A stretch of DNA of 64,000 nucleotides, taken from Fibrobacteria bacterium (GTDB lineage: Bacteria; Fibrobacterota; Chitinivibrionia; Chitinivibrionales; FEN-1185). Position 1 is the first letter of the stretch, and each line of letters starts with the position of its first letter. The stretch spans positions 1 through 64,000 of the forward strand of contig JBBIGR010000006.1 of assembly GCA_037447435.1 (NCBI GenBank), read 5' to 3'. Below the pieces are notes generated by a model, which ran no database searches, was not told the DNA's origin, and worked only from the letters and a program-made list of their open reading frames with translations. The position numbers and the translations under genes are program-made. Shown here piece after piece: positions 28,566 through 39,347 of this stretch.

Positions 28566-30284
28566 TTAATCCCTGAAATTTTTGGATGCCACCGCAAGCA
28601 TGTAAATACCGTCGGCAATGCCGCCGATGGTTGTTTCCATACTCATATAGTCCTTTTTGTTATCGTAGAAAACGCCTTTGGTCGTATTGAATTTGTACGT
28701 GGGTTCGGCGGTATTGTCGAAACCCATGATCGGGAAATCGTGCGCGAATTCAAGCACGTCGCCGGGCCCTTCGGCGATCGCGCCTTCGGGAAACAATCTG
28801 CTTTGCATGGTGTAAATTTGCGAATACGGATGCCTGATGGTATGCGGCACGTCTTTGTCGGCAATGAAGAACACTCCCCAATTATTGCAACCCATCATGT
28901 AATCGAGCATGTTGAGGCCCATCCGCTGGTACCTGGAATCTCTTGTCAACTGCTTGTACTCCAGGGCGCCGGACCCTATTCCGATGTAGCAATATAACCC
29001 CGCCCAAACGTATTTGAGGGGCACGCCCCAGATATTGCCGGGCCGCTGTGAATATTTCAGAAAATCCTCCATGTCGGCGCGGATATCGTTTTTGACAATA
29101 GGATAATAATCGAGCAAGCGCATATGCGCGGGCATATTCACCGATTCCCAGGCGCGCCATCCCGCCGACCTGGCCAATTCGGCGAATTTTTTCGCATCAT
29201 CGAGATATTTTTGTTCTTTCGTCAACCTATAAAGTTCCGCGGCGGCAAGTTCGAGATTGTCGTTTTTCGAATTGTCGTCGTAAAACGCTTCTCCTTCTTC
29301 GGGGATGGAATACCATGCCGGCGAGGTCGCATCCTTTGAGACGGCGCGTCTGTAAATAAGCTCCGCTTTTCCTTTATAAAATGCGGCAAGATCGGCCTTG
29401 CCCATTTTCCCGAAAATATCGCTTCCCAAAGCGAGAGACGCCACGGCATAGCCCATTTGCGTCGGTGAAAGGCACGACAATGCGGGCCGTTTGCCGTCGA
29501 GCGTGTCCTGGTCGGGAAGTCTACATCCGATGTTATGGTCGATTTTATCTCCGACCTGAATGATAAATTCGTCCGTATCGGGCATGCACTTTGCAAGATA
29601 ATCGAGTCCCCATTTCGCTTCATCGAGTACGTCGACGAATTCGGTTTTACTGTATTTCTTCGCGAAAATTTCAGGGGCGGTTTCATACGCTCTGAGCAGG
29701 AAATAATCCGAGTATCCTATTGTCAATGTTATTTTGAGATAATCGCCCGCATCATACCAACCGCCGACAATGTTTATTCTTTTTTTCGTCGAATCGGTCC
29801 ATTCGCTGTTCATTTTATTTTTCCGGTGAAACACGGCACAAGACGTATCACCGTAATGACCCGGTTTATGGTCCAAACAATCGGGAGAACCGCTTCTGGC
29901 GACCCGGAACCATCGTACCGGTTTTTCAACGATCGCCGTATAAGGGTTCTTTTTAATGTTGATTACGGCTTTTTCCGCACCGCTTGTCTCAAGCGAATAA
30001 ACGCCTTCCTGGTTCAGAGAGGAAATATCGATGTAATAATTGAACCCGAGCGGCGCATGATCGCCCCTGCCGCATAAACTGAGGCCAAGCGCGCCTTGTA
30101 AAACAATTTTCCCAGTCGCGTCCCTCACGAGCCATTTCTGATTGTCAATATTGCGCTCCGCCATCACAACCACTTTTTTCTCGCGTGACGGATTATATCC
30201 CAAATAATTATATCGGATAAAGACATCCGCGCTTTGTACCATTGTTGCGCAAACAAGAAGCATAATAACTATCGATTTTTTCAT
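28566..30284 (-). CDS. GH9 glycoside hydrolase with intact catalytic residues (possible glucosaminidase/chitosanase)
   Basis: GGWYDAGDY base motif; DYMSME acid; signal peptide; N-terminal Ig-like module. Confidence 0.85.
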   Translation of the reverse strand: MKKSIVIMLLVCATMVQSADVFIRYNYLGYNPSREKKVVVMAERNIDNQKWLVRDATGKIVLQGALGLSLCGRGDHAPLGFNYYIDISSLNQEGVYSLETSGAEKAVINIKKNPYTAIVEKPVRWFRVARSGSPDCLDHKPGHYGDTSCAVFHRKNKMNSEWTDSTKKRINIVGGWYDAGDYLKITLTIGYSDYFLLRAYETAPEIFAKKYSKTEFVDVLDEAKWGLDYLAKCMPDTDEFIIQVGDKIDHNIGCRLPDQDTLDGKRPALSCLSPTQMGYAVASLALGSDIFGKMGKADLAAFYKGKAELIYRRAVSKDATSPAWYSIPEEGEAFYDDNSKNDNLELAAAELYRLTKEQKYLDDAKKFAELARSAGWRAWESVNMPAHMRLLDYYPIVKNDIRADMEDFLKYSQRPGNIWGVPLKYVWAGLYCYIGIGSGALEYKQLTRDSRYQRMGLNMLDYMMGCNNWGVFFIADKDVPHTIRHPYSQIYTMQSRLFPEGAIAEGPGDVLEFAHDFPIMGFDNTAEPTYKFNTTKGVFYDNKKDYMSMETTIGGIADGIYMLAVASKNFRD

Positions 30285-30359
30285 GAATTCTCCTGTCGTC
30301 GATCTGTTAACAATCCCGCAGCGAAGCGCGGGGTTATAAATTCCCGTCGCCCAACAATA

Positions 30360-32078
30360 TTATTGTCCCTGAACCAAGCTCAAAAGGGAAAACAAGAAAA
30401 TCCCGTCGGCAACTCCGGGAATTGTGGCGCTTACGCACGATTCATCGTCGGAATTATCGAAGAAATTGACTTTTTCAGTGTTAAACGGATACATGGGTTC
30501 CGTTGTTTTGTCGAAACAGCACCACATATCGTCGTCCTGCGTTTTTTTGTCGACCGGACCGGGCACGATGCTTCCTTCGGGGAAAAGGCGCGTTTGCAAA
30601 CGATAAATCTGCGAAAAGAGATTTCGCACCGAACTTGGAACGGTCTTAAGGGAAACAAACGACATTCCCCAATTATTGCAACCGAACATGTAATCCACCA
30701 CGCTCTGGGTCATACGATCGAATTTTTTATCTTTGGTTACCATTTGATATTGGATAACGGCGCTGCAAATTTGCTCGTAGGAATAAATCGCATCCGAGGT
30801 ATACTCTATCGGCAATTTCCAGATGTTCCCGTTGCTTGTCGACGTATTCAAAAAACCGTCCAAATCTTCGGAAACGAATTTTTTAGCCTGCGGGTAAACA
30901 TCCATGCAGCGTAAATGCGCGGCCAAATTCTGCTCGCTCACCGAAGACCAACCCGCGGTTTTCGCTTCTTTGGCAAATTTCTGGATTTTCGGCACGTACG
31001 ACTGGTCCTTGGTCAATTTGTATAATTCTATTGCAGCAAGTTCCATATTGTCGGCAGGGGTTTCATCTTTATACGGATCGACGCCGTCTTTTTCGAGCCA
31101 TGCGGGCGGTGTGGTCACACTCAGTGCTTTTGAAAAGATTTTCTCAGCCATTTGCCTGTATTTTTTTGCATCGTCGGTTTTCCCGAGTTTTGAAAAAACG
31201 GAACTTCCTAATGCCAATGCCGCAGCGCTAAGCCCCATTTGAGGCTGGGACATCATGGCGTAACATTCATGCTTTGCCGCACGGGGATCTTTATCGGGCA
31301 GATAAATTCCGCCGTCGTTATCCTTAAACCCGCCGACCTGAATGATGAATTCGCTGTCGTTGGGCATGATTTTCGTCAGGTAATCGAGTCCGCATTTCGC
31401 ATTATCCAGAATGTCAATATTCTCGGACGTGCTGTAGATTTTATCGAACAGGGAGGGCTGAATTTCATAGGCGCGAAGCAAATAGTACGTTGCATAGGCT
31501 TCGGACGCGGTATACTTCGTATATAAATTTCCATCGTACCAACCGCCCCGCAAATTGAATTTTCTGTGTTTAGGGTCAACAACCCATTCGTCGGTATTTT
31601 CTTTTCCGTTCCGATGATAGACGACGCTGGCCGAATCCGCAAAATGTCCGGGCTCCCGGTCCAAGCAATTTTTTGATCCGCTGCGATGCGTATAAAAGAA
31701 GCGCAAATTGGCTGCGACAACATTTTTCAAAAGATTTTTCTTCACGGTTATTGCGGCATCGGTCACACCCTGCATTTTAAACGTGTATTGCCCCTCCGCA
31801 GTAACGGATGAAAAATCTATTTCATAATTAAATGGCATCGGCGTATGATCGCCTTTGCCGAAAACGCTTTTTCCGACAACACCCGAGGCCACTGTCTTTT
31901 TACTCTGATCCAGCAAGTCCCATTTGGTTCCGGCACAGTCGTCATCGGACATGACGATGATCCGTTTGATGCTACCGGGAAAATATCCAACATAATTGTA
32001 ACGCGCATACCGTTCAGCAAAGCTGAAGGAATAAGCGGCAAAAAGAACAATAAGCACGGCCATCAATTTATGCTGCAT
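30360..32078 (-). CDS. GH9-like protein lacking catalytic residues
   Basis: Paralog of the adjacent GH9 with the same 1719-bp length; GGWYDGNLY replaces DAGDY and Ser replaces the acid Glu. Confidence 0.8.
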   Translation of the reverse strand: MQHKLMAVLIVLFAAYSFSFAERYARYNYVGYFPGSIKRIIVMSDDDCAGTKWDLLDQSKKTVASGVVGKSVFGKGDHTPMPFNYEIDFSSVTAEGQYTFKMQGVTDAAITVKKNLLKNVVAANLRFFYTHRSGSKNCLDREPGHFADSASVVYHRNGKENTDEWVVDPKHRKFNLRGGWYDGNLYTKYTASEAYATYYLLRAYEIQPSLFDKIYSTSENIDILDNAKCGLDYLTKIMPNDSEFIIQVGGFKDNDGGIYLPDKDPRAAKHECYAMMSQPQMGLSAAALALGSSVFSKLGKTDDAKKYRQMAEKIFSKALSVTTPPAWLEKDGVDPYKDETPADNMELAAIELYKLTKDQSYVPKIQKFAKEAKTAGWSSVSEQNLAAHLRCMDVYPQAKKFVSEDLDGFLNTSTSNGNIWKLPIEYTSDAIYSYEQICSAVIQYQMVTKDKKFDRMTQSVVDYMFGCNNWGMSFVSLKTVPSSVRNLFSQIYRLQTRLFPEGSIVPGPVDKKTQDDDMWCCFDKTTEPMYPFNTEKVNFFDNSDDESCVSATIPGVADGIFLFSLLSLVQGQ

Positions 32079-32125
32079 ACATTCTCCTGAAATGAAAGAA
32101 CTTTGGGGAGCGTACTTTTCGTTAC

Positions 32126-32163
32126 AAAAAAACCCCTTCGGCATCTTTGCCGAAGGGGTTTTT
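32126..32163 (-). terminator. intrinsic terminator
   Basis: aaaaaccccttcggca-tctt-tgccgaaggggttttt. Confidence 0.85.
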
Positions 32164-32176
32164 GCTTTTCATTTGT

Positions 32177-33088
32177 TTACTTAATAAGAAATTTACCGGT
32201 CGCTTTAGAAGCTCCATTCGAAATGGACACCATATACACACCGGGGGCGAATTTAAATTGCGCCAAATTGATTTCATTATTTCCGTTTGCCGAGAAAGAC
32301 TGTTCGGACATTGCCATTCTTTTTCCTTCGGCGTTATAGAACGAAACCTTGTAGTTATTGCTCGAAGGAACGTTAAATTTCAAGGAATTGTTTTTTGTAA
32401 ACACAATCGAATATTGAGCCGCACCGTTTACGCTATGAAAGTTTTTCACGGCGAGAGGAAAACCGTTATAATTAAACAGGGTAACGTCTTTGATTTTAAT
32501 CGTGGTCGTTATCCCAAGATCATCGTCGTCTTTTGGCGAAAAAGACAAATTGATGACATTTTGCGTGTTAAGATTTCCACGCGATGTCCGAGCGACCCAA
32601 GACGGCTGAGTAAACGTTGCCGTAATGGAGTAAGCGCGGGACGTGTCCAAAACATTAAAATATTTTGTCGTCCAGGCAGTCGCTGCCGGCATCAATGCCT
32701 GGTATGGAGCGGAATTGTCGGGATCCAACGTCGAATCGGGCAATACAAGATACCATGCACTGTCCGCCATATATGTTATTCTGATGGCAGTTGTCGTATT
32801 GAGGGGTTTGGCGGAATCGAGATCGACTGTCAGTTCGACCCATGGATAAATCGTATCGCCGATTGCCGCAGCTTTAATGGTTTTCAAAACAATAATATCT
32901 TGTGCGGCATCCGTTTGATAAAGGTGCCCGGAAGTATCGATTTTGCTGAGCGAATCGCAAATCGGTTCCCAATAAGATTCTTCCACTAAATTGGCGGAAG
33001 CATGGGTGGTGTCGATAGGGCCAACCGCTGCCGGAGCTGCATTCAAAGCAAAAAGCGCAACCGCAAGCGTTGCAAAAACCTTTTTCAT
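32177..33088 (-). CDS. secreted protein, CBM-like domain plus T9SS-like C-terminal domain
   Basis: Signal peptide; aggagg RBS; FTQPSW motif; C-terminus APGVYMVSISNG..TGKFLIK. Confidence 0.7.
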   Translation of the reverse strand: MKKVFATLAVALFALNAAPAAVGPIDTTHASANLVEESYWEPICDSLSKIDTSGHLYQTDAAQDIIVLKTIKAAAIGDTIYPWVELTVDLDSAKPLNTTTAIRITYMADSAWYLVLPDSTLDPDNSAPYQALMPAATAWTTKYFNVLDTSRAYSITATFTQPSWVARTSRGNLNTQNVINLSFSPKDDDDLGITTTIKIKDVTLFNYNGFPLAVKNFHSVNGAAQYSIVFTKNNSLKFNVPSSNNYKVSFYNAEGKRMAMSEQSFSANGNNEINLAQFKFAPGVYMVSISNGASKATGKFLIK

Positions 33089-33624
33089 GTAAACCTCCTG
33101 AAAAAAATGATTTTAAAACATTTAGATGGAATTTTATCGAATTTTAAACTGCGTTTTCACACAATTTTAACATTACAAATTTCAACTGCAAATAATTATT
33201 TCAAATTAATCTTCATTTTCGCTGATTAATATAAAACATTATAATTCCTCCGTATTTGCATTAAGGAATAAATTAGTTGTTATTTTCCAAAATTTAAAAT
33301 TTCCCGGTTACAAAAATTTATTTGCAACGAATTATTGAGTCCAGCAAAGCATTGTTCGGCTTTTATAGACAACGTTTGCAGATTATATAATAATATGGAA
33401 TGCTTTAACCGCTTTTATTTTTCTCAATTTATTGAAATAGTAACATTTTCCTAAAAACATCGAACTGCCAAATATAATTAGCACGAATCGGGACATCCAC
33501 CGCCCCGAATTAAGGCATAATATTGTTGCCATACTATTCCGAAATATTTAGTTTTGTAATAAGACAACCGGAATTCAAACAAAAACACTGCCTTTCCTCA
33601 AAATCGTTTTGGGAAAAAAATACC

Positions 33625-34359
33625 ATGGCCAATGAAGAATCAAAAAACAAAAATGATTGGGCAAGCTCGGTTAAATGGATAGTTATCGGCGTTATCACGT
33701 TAACGGTCGTTTTTTTATTTAAAAAGGAAATCAGCCAATTGCTCGGCCGGGCCGACACGATAGAAATATCGGACAAAGGGCTAAAAATTAAAACCGTTCA
33801 AACCGTGTTGGGAAATGCGGAAGTTTCCAATGTAACCGTGAAAAACACCGCAATTGCGGGTGACGGCATTCAGGATACTTCATTCATCAGCCGACGACAC
33901 ATGTTTCAAATCAGCTGGCCGCATTCGGGCAATTGGATCGCAAACACAACCATGAGCAAAGCCCTTATGCAACAAATGGGGTTTCCTTCAACCGTCGACA
34001 TGCCGTTGATAATAATGAAAAATGAGGTTTCCGGAAATTTTCGTCCCAATGTCAACGTCGTGGTGGAATCAATCGGCACTATGACCACGACCGAATATAT
34101 GAACAGATCGGTTCAGATTCTCCAACAACAAGGCTGGCGGATTTTAACAAAAGATATCGACGAAGACACCCACGGAGGGTTTATTTCTTTTTTCAACAAC
34201 AACCTCGGCTATACATTGTTCCAATTCCAGCGATACGCAATTGCAAATGGAAAAGCGTATATTATAACGGCAAGTCAATTGCCGCCCCAAGATTCGTTTT
34301 CACAAAGCTTGCGCCAGGAACTTTTAAGTATTCTTAATTCATTCAGGGTAATTACGTAA
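33625..34359 (+). CDS. membrane-anchored hypothetical protein with PsbP/DcrB-like C-terminal domain
   Basis: One TM helix (WIVIGVITLTVVFLF); FRPNVNVVVE..QRYAIANGKAYIITA..ILNSFRV pattern. Confidence 0.55.
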   Translation: MANEESKNKNDWASSVKWIVIGVITLTVVFLFKKEISQLLGRADTIEISDKGLKIKTVQTVLGNAEVSNVTVKNTAIAGDGIQDTSFISRRHMFQISWPHSGNWIANTTMSKALMQQMGFPSTVDMPLIIMKNEVSGNFRPNVNVVVESIGTMTTTEYMNRSVQILQQQGWRILTKDIDEDTHGGFISFFNNNLGYTLFQFQRYAIANGKAYIITASQLPPQDSFSQSLRQELLSILNSFRVIT

Positions 34360-34404
34360 TATCAAGAATACGTAAATAAATTCCGAGTTCGCTCGCTATT
34401 CACC

Positions 34405-37400
34405 TTACGGCAAATACATCACCTTGGATTGCAACACTTTCATGGCTGCGCCGTGATTGTCGTACCCCGAAAGTTTGACGATATACATACCCGCTGCGGT
34501 CTTTTTTCCGTCCTTGGGATTCCATACGATTTCATTTTGACCGGCACGGACCGGCACTTTTTGAGTGCTTTTCCAAACGATTCGCCCCAATTGATCGACA
34601 ACTTGGCAGTTTACATAATCGATACCTGCGCCGGGAATGGCAAACCCGATCCTGACCGAACTTCTGAACGGATTAGGAAATATCCGCGTCAGCCTGAATT
34701 CCCCACCCATGGCCCTTACCGAATTCCCGATAAATTCTTTTGTCCCCACGACAAAATACCGGAATTCCCGGGACAACGCCCCTACCGATACGGTTTGCAC
34801 ATTTTGCTCGTATGATGGTTCCCCGGTTTGCGGATCGATAACGGCGATTTCATTTCCTTTTGCAAACGGAGTCTCTTTTGATAAAGTAAATGAAATTTTC
34901 GCGGCGGATTCGCCGTTATTTTCGAAGGCCAAAGTAAACGCGCAGCCGTTTTTTTCCCGGGAACGGACTAGCACGTTACCGAAGATTTTTTTTTGCGCCT
35001 CATCATACACGCCGACCGACACTTTTGCCCACGACGGAGGTTTGGGATACCAAACGGTTCCATTGTCGGCTTCACGGAATCCGCAATACACCGAACCGAG
35101 CATACCGTCGTCCGTAAACGGTTTAACCGAAACGCACCATTCGTTTGCACGTGCGGTTTTCACGGAAGAGACTTGCGAAAGGACCACGGGAGTAGGCGGA
35201 ATCAATAATGCAACAGGCTTGGCCAATTGATTATTTACCGAATAGGCAAGCCCCTGACCGTCCCGATACGAGAGCAGAGTTTTTTTGTCGACTTTTCCCG
35301 GCATACCCGGGAGATAAACCGCCTCGGGATACATCCGGGATTTTCCGGTATCTGACTGCAGGCGCCACTCATAAAAAGAAAGTGAGTTTTCTTCATTACC
35401 CAATAGCGCTCCTTGGGAAACGGTAGATAACAACACATCGCCGATGCGAACCGGAAATTGAAACGGCAATGCGAAATCCGTCCATCCGTTCGCATCACAG
35501 GAAATGATCGTCGGGTTTTTCAAGGAGACTGTTTTCCCGGTTCCAAAATCGATATGCGGCGCCGTCCTCGTTTTCAACCATACGACTTTTCCCGGCAACA
35601 AATCGAATTGAGATTTTATTGAATCACTATATTCGAACCACGTGCTGTTTTTCCAGGAAAAGAGCCTGAATTTTGTCTTATCGTATGTCCACGGAGTGGA
35701 TTGGCCCAGCTGCTTAAGGCAGGATTGTATAGACGGATCATCGAGTATTGCAGTGGTTGAAACCGGGGTCCACTGTTCGATTTGCGGAACAAACTCATTG
35801 GATTTTGATTTCGCGACGGAGCGTGAAAGGTCTACCCGTTGCGTAAAGTGACCGTCGGAAACCGAAAGCGACATTCTGACTCCGTAGTCGCTGATGACAA
35901 GATAATCGCTGCCTTTGACAATACAGGAAAACGTATCGATTGTGGACGTGCAAAAGGAATCGGCCGAAACGGATTTATCGTCGGCCCGTCCCCACGTGAG
36001 CGTGGATTTTACATTTGCAATATTGTCGGAAATTCGCCATGAAACCGGCACATCCTGCAACGGCTGCAAAACGGACTGCGTATCGCTCAGCAAGGTCAAT
36101 TCCGGCCGAACCGTGTCGACCATCACGATAAACGGCAACTTGCAATTCGTCCCGAGCGGAGAAATCGACAATGTCTTGGATAACGGGTCCACGACCACAG
36201 GCAACGTATCGACAAACCACAGATCTTTTTGCGCGTCATAATGATAAACGCGAAAATCGCTTTCCGAATACGGAGCCGGAACCGAATCGTAATGGATGGA
36301 AACGGTAAAGGGAATCGGCGGAAGAGAATGATTGTCGAACAGAAATCCGAGACTCGCGGGAATACACCCGCTTTGGTGAAGTGCAGCGTCCGATTTTCTG
36401 ACCGTCACATCGTATTCGATGAGTTGGGAACCTTTGATCGTGTCTTTTTGAAGCACCACTTTGCCGCCGAATACGGACAATTGGTTCGTGTTTGCCGGAA
36501 ACAACGATATTTTTTGCCATGAAGGCATCGGGATAAGGAATGTCGTGTCCGAGCCTTTTGTCGGGCTCGCCCATTTTCCTTCTACTTTCCGGAGCCAAAT
36601 TCCAAACCGGTATTTTGTTCCGAAATCGATTTTCGGGGGAACGATATCGACGGCGCAGGTCGTTTTGGCGAACGTGACGATCGGAACGATGTTTCCGATC
36701 CCGCTGGCTTTATCGGGCGCGGGAAACGCGCCATTCTCACTTGTCCAAACAATACCCGCTTCAAGCTGAACACCGGCGGTATCCACGGCAAATTCGAACG
36801 TGAGTTTATTGGCAACGCTATCGAAAGCCAGGGCTGTGATGCGGATTTTATTGACAATGGCCATTGTGTCGGTAAGCGGCAACGTCTTTGCGAATGCGCT
36901 TGACAGTTTTGTCACATTGGACCATATCCCGGCCTTGGCGACCTGCAGGCCGAAATAATACGAGGCGGAATCCTTAAGTCCCGTGATCCAGACGGTAGTA
37001 TCGAGCAATGAGAGGTTGCCGGTTTTGGCATAATCGCCGTACGAAATAGCCGGAGTATCGAGCGGAACCGGATTTGCCCCATACAAAACTCGCATACTAT
37101 CGACCGATGTTGCGTTCCTTGTCCAATGCAAATGCACCTGGGTCGATTTGATAGTATCCACCGACAATGCCACCGTATTGACCGGACGCGAGAAACCAAC
37201 CGTATTGGCAGCGAGAGCCGCCGAACTCACGCCGCCGTTGACGCCTTTGATCACGACGCGCCACTGCACGGTTTTTTCCGAGCCGGTAAACCTCACGTCT
37301 TTATACGTTTTCGTCAACGAATTTCCCGACCCGATAGATGAACGGAGTATTTCGTCGGTTATTGCCGCGGCACCCGCAACCGAATAGCTCAGCGACAATG

Positions 37401-39078
37401 AGGCAACCTTGCTTAAATCCACTTGGGACAGGTTTAAAATCGTTACGGTAACCGAATCGGCACCTCCCGAGTAGAGTAAGGCCATTGTTAACGGATTTGA
37501 CAATGGCGCGGTATCGCACATAAGTATGGAAACGCCGGACGCTGCCGTATCGGCAAACGACGGCAAAGAATCCTTTGCACCCGCATTGTTTTTCCAATTG
37601 ACGCTGCCGAGAAAATCGTACAGAAAGCACGGCGAGGGCGAGGCGTAACGGGCAACGGAAACGACGGTGTCGTACTGATCCGCGGATTTACTTTGCAATT
37701 GTTTCACGGAAAAGCTCAATGCCGTTTTATCGGTTCTTTGGGGCGGATTTGTTGGCCAGGCGTTTGCCTTGTACCAAACGAAAACACTGTCCGTAAACCA
37801 CGGAAACAACATCGGCGCAGCCAACGGAAGCCCCGCATATTTGCTAATAGTCAATTTAACATGCATGGAGTCTATTACCGTTCCGCGAACAACGATCGGG
37901 TTATTGACCGACAGGTTCGGCGCGACTATCAACCGGGCAAAACGGCTTGTGTCGGCACCGAACGAATTGCTCACCACGCATATGTACAGACCGCTGTCTT
38001 GCGGCTGGGCACTGGGAAACGAGAGTATATTGCTTGTTTGCCCGGAAAATAAAGATGTCGTTGCAACCGAATTTTTGTACCATTTGTAAGTGAGCGGTTG
38101 TACGCCGCTTGCGGTTACGGAAAACCGGTATGCCGACGAAGCCAGTACGGCAGTGTCTCGCGGTTCTATGGTAATTACCGGCAAACCGGTATTCACCTTT
38201 ACCGTTGCGCCTCTACTGGTATCGGCACCTGCAGAATTTTTAACGACACAATAGTAGACACCGCTATCGGCCGGCTGAGCGGCCGATAGCGAAAAAGTGC
38301 TGGATACCTGATTAGCGATGACGTTTCCAGCCAAGACGGAAGTTTTATACCAGGCATATGATAAGACCCCGTTTCCGCTTGCCGAAACGCTGATTGAAAG
38401 CGGTGCACCCTGAATACCTACAGTGTCCTTTGGTTCCGTGGTTATGTTGGGAACAGTAACGGCGTTTGCGGCATAGGTTACGACGAGCTGTGCATCGGAA
38501 ATTGTCCAATAATAGCCCCAATATTTAAAATCGGCGGACATGATAAACCCTTTATTCGCGGTATCGGCGTCCACCCATTTTTGAATCAGCTTGGTCAAAG
38601 TATCGGTTGAAATATCGACCCATGTGTTTGTTGTTGGGGAAACCGTGAATTGTTTTGATCCGATCAGGCTGTTCCAAGGTGCATCTTCTGTTTGAGCGGC
38701 ATAATTTACATAATACGAACTGTAATCGCCTGCGGCAGTATATGGTTTGTGGTTTTGTTCGAACAAATTGATTGTTTGAGGGAAAACAAGAAATGGATTT
38801 GGGGTGAACCCTGAAATCTTGAATTGAAACGTTGCTTTTTTAACCGTGACCGATTTGAGAGAACTTAAATTTGAATAAGCCAACACCTCTTCTGAATAAC
38901 CCGCAGTTAGTCCTCTTGGATAAGCGCCGACATAAGAAGTGGCGCTTGTGCTGGGAACCCATTCCACCATATGCAGACCGGATTTAACAACCGAAAAAGT
39001 GGCAGTGGTATCGGCTTTAGAAAGACAAACTATTGATAAAGCCAGCAAGATTACCTTAAATATCAAGCCCTTACGCAT
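34405..39078 (-). CDS. large secreted multidomain protein (two Ig I-set-like repeats, FN3-like domain, FlgD/T9SS-like C-terminus)
   Basis: Signal peptide; ITxEP..YxWYK..DSGxYxCVVxN twice; FPNPF..AAGMYIVKL. Confidence 0.75.
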   Translation of the reverse strand: MRKGLIFKVILLALSIVCLSKADTTATFSVVKSGLHMVEWVPSTSATSYVGAYPRGLTAGYSEEVLAYSNLSSLKSVTVKKATFQFKISGFTPNPFLVFPQTINLFEQNHKPYTAAGDYSSYYVNYAAQTEDAPWNSLIGSKQFTVSPTTNTWVDISTDTLTKLIQKWVDADTANKGFIMSADFKYWGYYWTISDAQLVVTYAANAVTVPNITTEPKDTVGIQGAPLSISVSASGNGVLSYAWYKTSVLAGNVIANQVSSTFSLSAAQPADSGVYYCVVKNSAGADTSRGATVKVNTGLPVITIEPRDTAVLASSAYRFSVTASGVQPLTYKWYKNSVATTSLFSGQTSNILSFPSAQPQDSGLYICVVSNSFGADTSRFARLIVAPNLSVNNPIVVRGTVIDSMHVKLTISKYAGLPLAAPMLFPWFTDSVFVWYKANAWPTNPPQRTDKTALSFSVKQLQSKSADQYDTVVSVARYASPSPCFLYDFLGSVNWKNNAGAKDSLPSFADTAASGVSILMCDTAPLSNPLTMALLYSGGADSVTVTILNLSQVDLSKVASLSLSYSVAGAAAITDEILRSSIGSGNSLTKTYKDVRFTGSEKTVQWRVVIKGVNGGVSSAALAANTVGFSRPVNTVALSVDTIKSTQVHLHWTRNATSVDSMRVLYGANPVPLDTPAISYGDYAKTGNLSLLDTTVWITGLKDSASYYFGLQVAKAGIWSNVTKLSSAFAKTLPLTDTMAIVNKIRITALAFDSVANKLTFEFAVDTAGVQLEAGIVWTSENGAFPAPDKASGIGNIVPIVTFAKTTCAVDIVPPKIDFGTKYRFGIWLRKVEGKWASPTKGSDTTFLIPMPSWQKISLFPANTNQLSVFGGKVVLQKDTIKGSQLIEYDVTVRKSDAALHQSGCIPASLGFLFDNHSLPPIPFTVSIHYDSVPAPYSESDFRVYHYDAQKDLWFVDTLPVVVDPLSKTLSISPLGTNCKLPFIVMVDTVRPELTLLSDTQSVLQPLQDVPVSWRISDNIANVKSTLTWGRADDKSVSADSFCTSTIDTFSCIVKGSDYLVISDYGVRMSLSVSDGHFTQRVDLSRSVAKSKSNEFVPQIEQWTPVSTTAILDDPSIQSCLKQLGQSTPWTYDKTKFRLFSWKNSTWFEYSDSIKSQFDLLPGKVVWLKTRTAPHIDFGTGKTVSLKNPTIISCDANGWTDFALPFQFPVRIGDVLLSTVSQGALLGNEENSLSFYEWRLQSDTGKSRMYPEAVYLPGMPGKVDKKTLLSYRDGQGLAYSVNNQLAKPVALLIPPTPVVLSQVSSVKTARANEWCVSVKPFTDDGMLGSVYCGFREADNGTVWYPKPPSWAKVSVGVYDEAQKKIFGNVLVRSREKNGCAFTLAFENNGESAAKISFTLSKETPFAKGNEIAVIDPQTGEPSYEQNVQTVSVGALSREFRYFVVGTKEFIGNSVRAMGGEFRLTRIFPNPFRSSVRIGFAIPGAGIDYVNCQVVDQLGRIVWKSTQKVPVRAGQNEIVWNPKDGKKTAAGMYIVKLSGYDNHGAAMKVLQSKVMYLP

Positions 39079-39347
39079 TTTTTCAGCCTCCGGATTTTAC
39101 CGTAACGAATATCGCATTTTTCGGGTCGTCAATTAACGTAAGAAATAATTACTTAAATTATCATATGAATATGAGTAAAAACAGTAAAATTTAAAAATGA
39201 TATGTCTTTTTGGGAAAAACATCAAATAGTATCCCCGTTTTTGATAATTACTTTTTTGCCTTTTAAGGTATTTTTATAGACGTCATTCAAGGGTTTATTT
39301 GATTATTCTTTTTTTATAAATATAACTTTAAAGGGTATCTCATTATC

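Noticed and set aside
30312..30337. Hairpin between the GH9 genes resembling an IS200/IS605 end
   Set aside because: Too degenerate and no adjacent transposase; more likely an intercistronic stem-loop
32147..32989. 280-aa plus-strand ORF
   Set aside because: Antisense shadow of the well-supported 32177-33088 gene
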